From Candidatus Saccharimonadia bacterium (GTDB taxonomy: Bacteria > Patescibacteriota > Saccharimonadia > UBA4664), in assembly GCA_035544015.1 (NCBI GenBank), contig DATKIP010000093.1, positions 65,156 through 129,155 of the forward strand: a stretch of 64,000 nucleotides of DNA, written 5' to 3'. The position numbers were made by a program, and so were the translations under genes. Below, one piece after another: positions 9,566 through 17,688 of the stretch (positions within the stretch are counted from its first letter, which is position 1; each line of letters starts with the position of its first letter). The notes beneath the pieces were generated by a model. The model ran no database searches. It was given only the letters and a program-made list of their open reading frames with translations, and was not told the origin of the DNA.

Positions 9566-9952
9566 ATGAAACTACAAGTTGAGTCCAATCACAAACGCCA
9601 AATTATCGACCTCACCGAGTCGGTGCAGGCGCTCATACCCTCAGCCGCATCCGGCGCCGTACTGGTGGCCGTGCAGCACACTACGGCCGCCGTCACGACC
9701 GCCGATCTCGATCCCGGCACCGATCTCGACCTGCTCGATTTTCTCGAACAGGTCACGCCCAGCGTTCGGTGGCGCCACCCGCATAATCCCAGTCACGCGC
9801 CCGACCACCTATTGGCCTCGGTGATTGGTCCGTCGGTGATTCTGCCGGTGCAGGAGGGGAGACTCGTGCTTGGCTCCTGGCAGCGCATCATCCTCATCGA
9901 GCTCGACGGCCCGCGCGAGCGGCAATTAACGGTGCAGCTCTTGGCAGAGTGA
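9566..9952 (+). CDS. yjbQ: YjbQ/UPF0047 family protein
   Basis: HTTAA, H..H.P.H, LG.WQ.I...E.DGPR.R motifs. Confidence 0.9.
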   Translation: MKLQVESNHKRQIIDLTESVQALIPSAASGAVLVAVQHTTAAVTTADLDPGTDLDLLDFLEQVTPSVRWRHPHNPSHAPDHLLASVIGPSVILPVQEGRLVLGSWQRIILIELDGPRERQLTVQLLAE

Positions 9953-9976
9953 GCGTAACGCACGTATACTAGGCCC

Positions 9977-10270
9977 ATGTCAAAGATTGGTGTTACCGAG
10001 GTAGAGCGCGTCGCTGCATTGGCGCGCATTGGTTTGACGGGCGAAGAGGCCGCCGCCATGGCGGTTGAGATCGGCCGCATCGTGGGCTTTGTGGAGCAAC
10101 TACTGGCCGTAGACGTCGAGGGCGTGGCACCCACCGATCAAGTCACCGGCCTCGTCGATGTGTGGCGCGAAGACATCGTAAAACCCAGCCTGCCGCGCGA
10201 CCAATTGCTGGCCAACGCGCCCGCCCAAAAAGACGGCTACATTGTCGTAAAGCGAGTGCTCAATGGCTAA
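9977..10270 (+). CDS. gatC: Asp/Glu-tRNA amidotransferase subunit C
   Basis: VA.LARI...RED...LLANAP...GY..V..V; directly upstream of gatA. Confidence 0.92.
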   Translation: MSKIGVTEVERVAALARIGLTGEEAAAMAVEIGRIVGFVEQLLAVDVEGVAPTDQVTGLVDVWREDIVKPSLPRDQLLANAPAQKDGYIVVKRVLNG

Positions 10271-11711
10271 CCACACTGCCGATCTCACGCGTCCCATTGC
10301 AGGTCTCGCCGCCGACGTGCGCGCCGGCCGGATTTCGGCCGCCGAGCTGCTGGCCGCCAGCCTCGAGCGCATCGCTGCCACCGAAGATTACCACGCACTG
10401 CTTGAGCTCAACCCCGAAGCCGCCGCCGAAGCCGCCGAGGCCGATCGCCGCGCCCAGGCCGGCGAAAACCTGCCGCTAGCCGGTGTGCCATTCGTGGCCA
10501 AAGACAACTACCTCACCATCGGCACCCACACTACCGCCGCCAGCCGCATGCTCGAGCCGTTCCGCGCGCCCTACGAAGGCCCCGCCATGCAACGTCTGCG
10601 CGCCGCCGGCGCCGTGTTGGTAGCCAAGGCCAACCTCGACGCATTCGCGCACGGCACGTCCACCGAAAACTCCGACTTCGGCCCCACCAAAAACGCCCAC
10701 GACCCGTCGCGCGTGCCCGGCGGTAGCTCCGGCGGCTCGGCCACAACCGTGGCGCTCGGCCAGGTCACCTTCGCCGTCGGCTCCGACACCGGCGGCTCGA
10801 TCCGCCAGCCCGCCGCCCTCAGCGGCGTCGTGGGCCTCAAGCCCACCTACGGCCTCGTACCGCGCACGGGCGTGGTGGCCATGGCCAGCTCCACCGACGT
10901 GCTCGGCCCCATCACCCGCAGCGTGGCCGACGCTGCGCTCGTACTCGACGTGATGGCCGGCCGCGATGCCTCCGACGCCACCACCATCGACCGCGACCCC
11001 AAATCCTACGCCGTCACCACCGGCAGCCTGAAAGGCCTCAAAATCGGCCTCATCAAAGAATACCTCGGCGAGGGCCTCGACCCCGCCACCAAGCGTCACC
11101 TCCTGGAGCTCGTCCCCCAGCTCGAAGCCGCCGGCGCCACCATGGAAGAGGTGAGTGTGCCCGCCACCACCTTGGCCCTGGCTGCCTACTACATCCTCGT
11201 GCCAGCCGAAGTATCGTCGAATCTCGCCCGCTACGACGGCGTCAAATACGGCCACAGCTCGCCCCACGCCAAGGACCTTGAAGAAACCTACCGCCTCAGC
11301 CGTCAAGAGGGCTTCGGCCCCGAGGCCAAACGCCGCATCATGATCGGCACCTACGTGCTCTCGAGCGGCTACTACGACGCCTACTACAAGCGCGCGCAAA
11401 AGGTCCGCACCAAGCTCATCGAGCAGTTCGACCATGCTTTCGTCAAATACGACCTCCTGCTCGGCCCCACCTCGCCCAGCCCGGCCTTCCCGCTCGGCTC
11501 TAAAGCCAATGACCCGCTCGCGCTCTACCTCGAAGACGTCATGACCGTGGCCGTCAACCTCGTGGGCATTCCCGCCATTTCCATCCCCTTCGCCACTTCC
11601 GACAGCCTGCCCGTCGGATTGCAGATTATGGCTCCCCAAAGGGCCGAACACCAATTATTCGCCGCCGCCATCGCTACCGAAGCGCTCATCGGCGATTGGA
11701 GGAAACGCTAA
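10263..11711 (+). CDS. gatA: Asp/Glu-tRNA amidotransferase subunit A
   Basis: Amidase signature KDN, GGSSGGS, SDTGGSIRQPA; SSNLARYDG; RRIMIGTYVLS. Confidence 0.97.
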   Translation: MANHTADLTRPIAGLAADVRAGRISAAELLAASLERIAATEDYHALLELNPEAAAEAAEADRRAQAGENLPLAGVPFVAKDNYLTIGTHTTAASRMLEPFRAPYEGPAMQRLRAAGAVLVAKANLDAFAHGTSTENSDFGPTKNAHDPSRVPGGSSGGSATTVALGQVTFAVGSDTGGSIRQPAALSGVVGLKPTYGLVPRTGVVAMASSTDVLGPITRSVADAALVLDVMAGRDASDATTIDRDPKSYAVTTGSLKGLKIGLIKEYLGEGLDPATKRHLLELVPQLEAAGATMEEVSVPATTLALAAYYILVPAEVSSNLARYDGVKYGHSSPHAKDLEETYRLSRQEGFGPEAKRRIMIGTYVLSSGYYDAYYKRAQKVRTKLIEQFDHAFVKYDLLLGPTSPSPAFPLGSKANDPLALYLEDVMTVAVNLVGIPAISIPFATSDSLPVGLQIMAPQRAEHQLFAAAIATEALIGDWRKR

Positions 11712-12169
11712 TGTTACCCTTTCTCGTTGTCGCCCTCGTCGGCGGTGTGGTGCTCTATGGTGTGGTCGAAAACGGCAGCCGCAAGGGCCGCAAGCGCTCC
11801 CGGCCCGTGGCCTCCTCGCGCGGCTACCGCGGTTTTGTCGATCCCACCGAAATCAAAACCCGCTGGGACACCATCATGGCCATCTCAAACACCGGCGCCA
11901 GCGGGCTCAAAAGCTCGCTCAACGAGGCCGACAAGCTCTTCGATCACGTCATGAAATCCCTCGGCTTTGCCGGCGACACGATGGGCGAGCGCCTCAAGCA
12001 CGGCCGCAGCCGCTTCGCCGACCACGACGCCTACCAGGCCGTCTGGCGCGCCCACAAACTCCGCAACGCCCTCGCCCACGAAATCGGCTTCGACCTCGTG
12101 CCCAGCCAAGCCAAAGACGCCCTAGCCGACTTCGAACGCGGCCTGCGCGCCCTGGGGGCTCTGCGATGA
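11711..12169 (+). CDS. membrane-anchored protein with HEPN-like RX4H motif
   Basis: ATG overlaps gatA stop; N-terminal TM; EADKL, TMGERLK, W.AHKLRNALAHE. Confidence 0.75.
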   Translation: MLPFLVVALVGGVVLYGVVENGSRKGRKRSRPVASSRGYRGFVDPTEIKTRWDTIMAISNTGASGLKSSLNEADKLFDHVMKSLGFAGDTMGERLKHGRSRFADHDAYQAVWRAHKLRNALAHEIGFDLVPSQAKDALADFERGLRALGALR

Positions 12170-12279
12170 CCAAGCCGGAGCTTCAAGCTTTCATCGATCA
12201 CCACGACTTGGCGGTCATCTCCACCCTGGCTGATCTAAACCAGCGACCTTGGAACATACAGGAGATGATATTCTCATGA
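12166..12279 (+). pseudogene. 37-codon remnant resembling a pyridoxamine-5'-phosphate-oxidase-family N-terminus
   Basis: MTKPELQAFIDHHDLAVISTL...; ATGA overlaps at both ends. Confidence 0.45.
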
Positions 12280-12926
12280 ATCGCGAAGCCCTGCTGTCAA
12301 AGCTCGAACAATACTTGGAGTCCGATGCCGATTTTCGGATCGTCTACAAATATGTTGAAAAACGCTTTAAAGACACTCCCAACTTGGTCGCCCACAATTG
12401 GGATCACGCCCGCCGCGATACCCTAAACGCCATTGTTATCGGCGAATCCGAGGACGCCGACATGAGCATCGTGCTGCCGGCCATGATCATGCATGATATT
12501 GGCTTCTTGTATGGCGCCAGCGGCCCCACTCATGGCACTATCGGCGCCCAAAAGCTTAAAGAATTCCTCAAAGATGCCGGCATCAGCCTTAGCCAGGACA
12601 AAATTACCCGCATTGCCAACTGCATCCGTACGCACAAGGGTAGCTTGCATAACGAAACGCCCACAACGCTCGAGGCCAAGGTCATTTCGGATGCCGATCT
12701 CTTGGACAAATTTGGCCCCATCGGTGTCTACCAGGGCATCCGGGTGTTCGTGGAGTTTAATTACGACATTGATAAAATCATCGAAAGTTTAGTTGGACGC
12801 CACAAAAAAGCCGTTTTCCAAACCCCCACCGGCGCAGCCCTAGCGCGCGGGCAAGAAGATTACCCCGCCAACTTTGGCCGCGCCCTGCAACAAGCCTATG
12901 AACCATACCGTGAGGACCTATCATGA
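12276..12926 (+). CDS. HD-domain phosphohydrolase
   Basis: H...H..R, MHDIG, EAKVISDAD.LD..G; CAGGAG RBS. Confidence 0.88.
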   Translation: MNREALLSKLEQYLESDADFRIVYKYVEKRFKDTPNLVAHNWDHARRDTLNAIVIGESEDADMSIVLPAMIMHDIGFLYGASGPTHGTIGAQKLKEFLKDAGISLSQDKITRIANCIRTHKGSLHNETPTTLEAKVISDADLLDKFGPIGVYQGIRVFVEFNYDIDKIIESLVGRHKKAVFQTPTGAALARGQEDYPANFGRALQQAYEPYREDLS

Positions 12927-14386
12927 ACCCCGAACTCCGCGCCAAATACGAAACCGTCATCGGCATCGAATGCCATGTGCAGCTGGCCACCCGATCGAAG
13001 CTGTTCTGCGCCTGCGACAACGATTCGCGCGAGGCCGAGCCCAACACGCATGTATGCGAAGTCTGCCTGGGCCTGCCCGGCACCCTGCCGGTGCTCAACC
13101 GGCGCGCCGTCGAGTTGGCGCTGCGCCTCGGTCTGGCGCTGGGCGCCGAGTATCCAGCCGAGCTCCATACCAAATTTGACCGTAAAAATTATTTTTACCC
13201 CGACTCGCCCAAGGGGTACCAAATTACCCAATTTGACGAGCCGATCGTGCCAAACGGTGCTGTCGAGTTTCCGCTAGATGGCAAAATCAAGCGCGTCGGC
13301 ATCACTCGCGCCCACCTCGAAGGCGACGCCGGCAAGCTCACGCACCCCGAAAAAGCCAATTACTCGCTCGTGGACCTCAACCGCGCCGAAACCCCATTGC
13401 TCGAAATCGTGAGCGAGCCCGACATGCGCAGCGCCGCCGAGGCCAAAGGCTACGCCCAGGAACTTTACAATCTCGCGCGCTACGCCGGCGCTTCCGACGC
13501 CAACCTCTATTACGGCAACATGCGCTTCGATGTGAACGTGAGCGTGCGGCCCATCGGCCAGAAGGAATTTGGCACCCGCACCGAGACCAAAAACCTCAAC
13601 AGCTTCAAAGCCATCGAGCGCACCGTCGAATACGAAACCCGTCGCCAAATCGCCGCCATCGAGCAGGGCGAGCGCATCCGCCAAGAAACCCGCGGCTGGA
13701 ACGAGGCCAAAGGCCAAACGTACCCTATGAGAAGCAAAGAAGACGCCGATGAATACCGCTACTTCCCCGAGCCCGACCTGCCGCCGCTCGTGATCACCGC
13801 GGCCATGGTGGCCGAGCAAGCCGCCGAACTCGGCCTCATGCCCCGCGACCTGCGCGCCGAGCTCGCCGCCGCTGGCCTGCCCGCCGCCGCGGCCGAGGCG
13901 CTCGTAGCCGACCCCGACGCGGGCCAGCTCTGGCACACCACTGTCAGCGCCTACCCCGAGCACGCGCGCTTTGCTCTCAACTGGCTGGTCGGCGACGCCG
14001 TCAAACTGGCCGAGACCAAGGGCCAAACGCTGCCCCAATCCGACATCAATTCCGCCACCCTCGGCGGTGTTGCTGAGCTTGTGAAGGACGGCAAACTTAG
14101 CTCTACCAACGCCAAGGTCCTCCTGTCTCACCTCTGGGACAAGGATGAAGGCCCACGTCAGGCCGCCCAAACACTCGGTCTGCTCCAGCAATCCGACGCC
14201 GGCGAGCTGGGCAAAGTCGTCGACGATGTCATCGCGGCCAACCCCCAAGCCGCCGCCGACTACCAGGCCGGCAATCACCGGGCGCTCGGCGCCCTCGTCG
14301 GCCAAGCCATGAAAGCCACCCAGGGCAAAGGCAACCCGCCGCTCATCACCAAGCTTCTCAAAGACCGCTTAGATGAGCCGGCGTAG
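12923..14386 (+). CDS. gatB: Asp/Glu-tRNA amidotransferase subunit B
   Basis: GIECHVQL, FDRKNYFYPD, MRFDVNVSVR, KNLNSF, YRYFPEPDLP. Confidence 0.97.
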   Translation: MNPELRAKYETVIGIECHVQLATRSKLFCACDNDSREAEPNTHVCEVCLGLPGTLPVLNRRAVELALRLGLALGAEYPAELHTKFDRKNYFYPDSPKGYQITQFDEPIVPNGAVEFPLDGKIKRVGITRAHLEGDAGKLTHPEKANYSLVDLNRAETPLLEIVSEPDMRSAAEAKGYAQELYNLARYAGASDANLYYGNMRFDVNVSVRPIGQKEFGTRTETKNLNSFKAIERTVEYETRRQIAAIEQGERIRQETRGWNEAKGQTYPMRSKEDADEYRYFPEPDLPPLVITAAMVAEQAAELGLMPRDLRAELAAAGLPAAAAEALVADPDAGQLWHTTVSAYPEHARFALNWLVGDAVKLAETKGQTLPQSDINSATLGGVAELVKDGKLSSTNAKVLLSHLWDKDEGPRQAAQTLGLLQQSDAGELGKVVDDVIAANPQAAADYQAGNHRALGALVGQAMKATQGKGNPPLITKLLKDRLDEPA

Positions 14387-14410
14387 ACTGCAACGCAAGG
14401 GTAGACGGCA

Positions 14411-14502
14411 GGATTGACCCCATTTCGTCAAACCGCCAGACAACATCGCGCCTAGATAGTCACCAAAGGAAGAGTTCGCGTTTGACGAAATGAGGTCAAT
14501 CC
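14411..14502. repeat. 92-bp element with 23-bp terminal inverted repeats
   Basis: GGATTGACCCCATTTCGTCAAAC (14411-14433) and GTTTGACGAAATGAGGTCAATCC (14480-14502), 1 mismatch. Confidence 0.85.
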
Positions 14503-14577
14503 GGGAGCAAGCAGGGAAGGCGTGCACGTCGCTAGCACCCAAACCGTGTTACACTAACCACAAGCACAATCCTCACC

Positions 14578-15228
14578 ATGTTTGAACTCAACTCCAGCTT
14601 TGTCGATCATATTTTAGCCATTGGCCGCCTCGTGCAGGCCAATCTGTTAAAGGCCCTGTTTGATTTACTCCTAGGCATCCTCATCGTCCGCTTTATGGTC
14701 CGCGGGCTGCGGCTCCTGCTCAAGCTCACGCACATCCAAACCGGCTTGCGCTATGTGCTTACCTCCATTATCGAGACCGTGCTCTGGATGTTGCTTACCG
14801 TGGTGATACTCCAGGAACTCGGCTTCCAAAACCTCATTTTGTTCTTCACTGGCTCCATCGCTGCCATCGGTATCGCCATGGCCGCCGGCGGCTCAACGCT
14901 CGTTTCAGACGTAATCGCCGCCGTCTTTTTGGCCCGCGACCACGATTTTAACGTCGGCGACGAGGTTATTGTGGGCGAAACCCCTACTCAGGGCGTCATT
15001 GAGCGCATGGACGCCCGCCGCATTCGCGTCCGCGACGACGACGGCATCCTGCATGTCATCCCCAACTCTCTCGTCGAGCGCAAAGAATGGGTGGTGTTGC
15101 AGCGCCGAGCCGAACTCAGCGCCGCTGCCCGGGCTGCCCGCACCGCCAAGCGTTTGGGCGCTGCCGCTTTGGAGAAAAGATCAAATTTCAGAGCCAAAGC
15201 CAAAACGGCTCGTGAGAATGAACAATAG
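14578..15228 (+). CDS. small mechanosensitive channel (MscS-like)
   Basis: 3 TM segments; FNVGDEV...GVIE.MD.R...IPNS. Confidence 0.82.
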   Translation: MFELNSSFVDHILAIGRLVQANLLKALFDLLLGILIVRFMVRGLRLLLKLTHIQTGLRYVLTSIIETVLWMLLTVVILQELGFQNLILFFTGSIAAIGIAMAAGGSTLVSDVIAAVFLARDHDFNVGDEVIVGETPTQGVIERMDARRIRVRDDDGILHVIPNSLVERKEWVVLQRRAELSAAARAARTAKRLGAAALEKRSNFRAKAKTARENEQ

Positions 15229-15309
15229 CCAGGCTCCGAGAGGCATGTATGATAGAGCTATCCGTTAGAATAATTAACAATCAAGCAGATTGAATAACGA
15301 GCACGCACT

Positions 15310-15573
15310 ATGAATACCGTCGAGCTAATATTGGTAATACTCCTAAGCGTTGGGTTTTTAACCCTAATCGTTTTGAGCATCGTACTGGTAAGCCTCATGG
15401 TTGCCATCATGCGAAACCTCAAGCGCATCTCGGAGCGGGCAGAGTCCGCCACCAGTAGCGTAGCCAACCTCGCCGAAACCTTCGGTCGCAAGTTAGGCCC
15501 CTTAGCCGCCTCCGGTATCCTGGGTATGCTCATCAAACGCTTCACCAGCAAGCGAGCATCAAAGGAAGATTAA
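15310..15573 (+). CDS. small membrane protein
   Basis: Long N-terminal TM plus amphipathic helix; upstream of the YtxH-like gene. Confidence 0.7.
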   Translation: MNTVELILVILLSVGFLTLIVLSIVLVSLMVAIMRNLKRISERAESATSSVANLAETFGRKLGPLAASGILGMLIKRFTSKRASKED

Positions 15574-15604
15574 TACTATGAACGAACGAGAAAGGAATAG
15601 AGCC

Positions 15605-16060
15605 ATGAAGCGAACATTTTGGAAGGGTACCATGATCGGAGCCATAGCCGGAGCAGTGGCCGGAATTCTCCTGGCCCCCAAGAGCGGCAAGGAAACCCAA
15701 GAAGACATCAAGCGCAAAGTTAAAGGCACCTACGAAGACATTCAGCGCCGACTCGAAAAAATGAGCGAAGAAGTCGGCGGCCGGGTCGACACGCTGCGCG
15801 AGGCCGCCAAAGATCTGCAGGGCGAGGCCAAAGCAGAGAGCCAAGAGCTCATCCGCCGCGCTGAAGTACTCAAGCAAGACCTGCGCGTTTCCGCCACCAA
15901 CCTCACCAAGAGCGGCGCCCAGACGAAAGACGTGGCCGTCAAAGAGGTCAAGCAGCTCCTCAACGAGGGCGCAGCCGTTATGAGCGAGCTCGAACGCGTC
16001 ACCCGCCATCTCGCCACCTCGGCCAAGAGCAAAGTCGACGACGTGCGCGACGGCCACTAA
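15605..16060 (+). CDS. YtxH-domain protein
   Basis: G.MIGAIAGAVAGILLAPKSGKET; GAAAGGA RBS. Confidence 0.88.
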   Translation: MKRTFWKGTMIGAIAGAVAGILLAPKSGKETQEDIKRKVKGTYEDIQRRLEKMSEEVGGRVDTLREAAKDLQGEAKAESQELIRRAEVLKQDLRVSATNLTKSGAQTKDVAVKEVKQLLNEGAAVMSELERVTRHLATSAKSKVDDVRDGH

Positions 16061-16354
16061 ATGATTCTCGCCAGCGACCGACCCGACTCCAACTCCAAGC
16101 GCAGCGGCGTCAACTACGAGCGCCTCGGCAAAGCCGTCGAAGACGCGCTCATCCTCGACTACATCTACGTGCTGCACAGTACCCGACGCCAGATTTGGAG
16201 CTCGTTTGTGCGCGGCATTTTTGCCGGCCTCGGCGGCGTTTTGGGCGCCACCGTGGGCGTGGCGGTACTCGTGGGACTGCTTCAGCTCTTCGGCGGCGCG
16301 CCCGTCATTGGGCACTTTTTCCGCGACGTCGGCCAAACCATCGAAAACCGCTAA
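16061..16354 (+). CDS. DUF5665-like membrane protein
   Basis: SFVRGIFAGLGGVLGATVG...P.IG. Confidence 0.75.
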   Translation: MILASDRPDSNSKRSGVNYERLGKAVEDALILDYIYVLHSTRRQIWSSFVRGIFAGLGGVLGATVGVAVLVGLLQLFGGAPVIGHFFRDVGQTIENR

Positions 16355-16376
16355 ACGCCCGGTCTAGAACGACGAA

Positions 16377-16436
16377 AGCCCCCGGCAAGAGCCGGGAGCT
16401 CCCGCCAAGGGCGGTTGTTCTGTCATGCGACAGAAC
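16377..16436 (-). terminator. three consecutive hairpins downstream of islet 16443
   Basis: Stems at 16417-16436, 16402-16414 and 16377-16400; the last is followed by TTCGTCGTT on the minus strand. Confidence 0.6.
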
Positions 16437-16442
16437 GGGAAG

Positions 16443-16832
16443 TTACGCGGGGCAGGTGTTCTCCTGCTCGTCCGATGCGATCGGCACCGGCTTCTTGGCT
16501 TCCCACAGCGCGACCAGCTTCTTGCCGCAGGCCGCGGCATCGGATTCGGTGTCGAAGTGGCCGGCCAGATCGTAGGTCCGAAACTCCTTGCCCGTCACGT
16601 CGGCCGTCACGAACCACTGCCCGGAGAGCGGCGACTGCTGGACCTTGATGCTCTTCACCTGCGCGGCCGGGATCGAACCATCCGAGTAGACGCGTTCGTT
16701 GGAGCTGCGGGTGCTGGTGGGGTTCGGGGTGACGTCACCACCCGACTGGTTGCCGGACAGACCGCCATTCGCAGCGACGGCGACGCCACCCACCACCAGC
16801 ACCCCGGCAGCAATAATTCCCCTGATGCGCAT
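16443..16832 (-). CDS. orphan exported protein (family B)
   Basis: GGAG RBS; signal peptide; W.V...A.AC...TC pattern shared with its neighbour. Confidence 0.75.
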   Translation of the reverse strand: MRIRGIIAAGVLVVGGVAVAANGGLSGNQSGGDVTPNPTSTRSSNERVYSDGSIPAAQVKSIKVQQSPLSGQWFVTADVTGKEFRTYDLAGHFDTESDAAACGKKLVALWEAKKPVPIASDEQENTCPA

Positions 16833-16985
16833 AACACGCTCCAATGCAAGAGCTCCACTGCGGGTTACCCGCAGATCGTCCCGAAACGGAAACGACGTTC
16901 TGTTGATACTACAAAAAAGCCCAAAACACAACTAATTGCCGTCCAAAAAAGGCTTCAGGGCCCGACCACCGCACCATGCCGCGCT

Positions 16986-17393
16986 CTACGCGCAGGTTCC
17001 CGCCCGCCGCCGGCTAGCCAGCAGTATGCGCCGTCCCCGGCCGAAGGCTTGGCTGCTCAGCCGCCGGGCACAGGCCTTGGCCGCCTGCCGATCGGCCAGT
17101 CCCGTCACTACCTCCAGCGGTCCGTCAACGCCCTGGGCGTAGACCACCACCCGCCAGCTCGTGCGGCTCGGCGAGACCGGCTCCTCCTTGAAATCGATCA
17201 CCGTTGCTCCCGCCACAGAATCTGGCGGCGCAGTCTGCGGCTTGGGCCGCTGAGGATCCCGGGATGGGCTCGCGATCGTCGATCGCAGGCCCGCATTCGC
17301 GCTCGTGATGGAATCCCGGTTACCCATATTCCCGACCCACACCGCAGTCGCTACGGACACTATCGCCACGGCCGCCAGGCGCCTGAATGTCAC
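16986..17393 (-). CDS. orphan exported protein (family B)
   Basis: AAGGAGG RBS + GTG; signal peptide; paralog of 16443-16832. Confidence 0.75.
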   Translation of the reverse strand: MTFRRLAAVAIVSVATAVWVGNMGNRDSITSANAGLRSTIASPSRDPQRPKPQTAPPDSVAGATVIDFKEEPVSPSRTSWRVVVYAQGVDGPLEVVTGLADRQAAKACARRLSSQAFGRGRRILLASRRRAGTCA

Positions 17394-17544
17394 CGTCGTA
17401 CTCCTCCTTCTCGGGTTGGAAATCCTCCCGCTACCGTCCATAGCGGGAATAGGCCTCATATTTTATAGAATAACTAACATGCGAAAGCAACCATCCGTGT
17501 CCGCCACCCGAAATCGAAAGCGGCGGCTTGCGACTGCAAAACGA

Positions 17545-17610
17545 GTCTAGAATTTAGACAAACCGTCCGAACCTGAAGGTAATGACGCACTGAATGTCTA
17601 AGGTTTAGAC
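17545..17610. repeat. twin 15-bp palindrome module
   Basis: GTCTAGAATTTAGAC (17545) and GTCTAAGGTTTAGAC (17596), 51 bp apart, with GTCCGAAC between. Confidence 0.85.
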
Positions 17611-17688
17611 ACATTACCGCGGACGACTGCCCCCGCGGCCGGTCACGCCCATGTGCTACCATTAAAATCAACGAAGAGGGGAGAGGGC

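Noticed and set aside
16348-16448. attC-like integron site
   Set aside because: Ends match RYYYAAC/GTTRRRY only imperfectly, there is no single long stem, and no integrase is in the window
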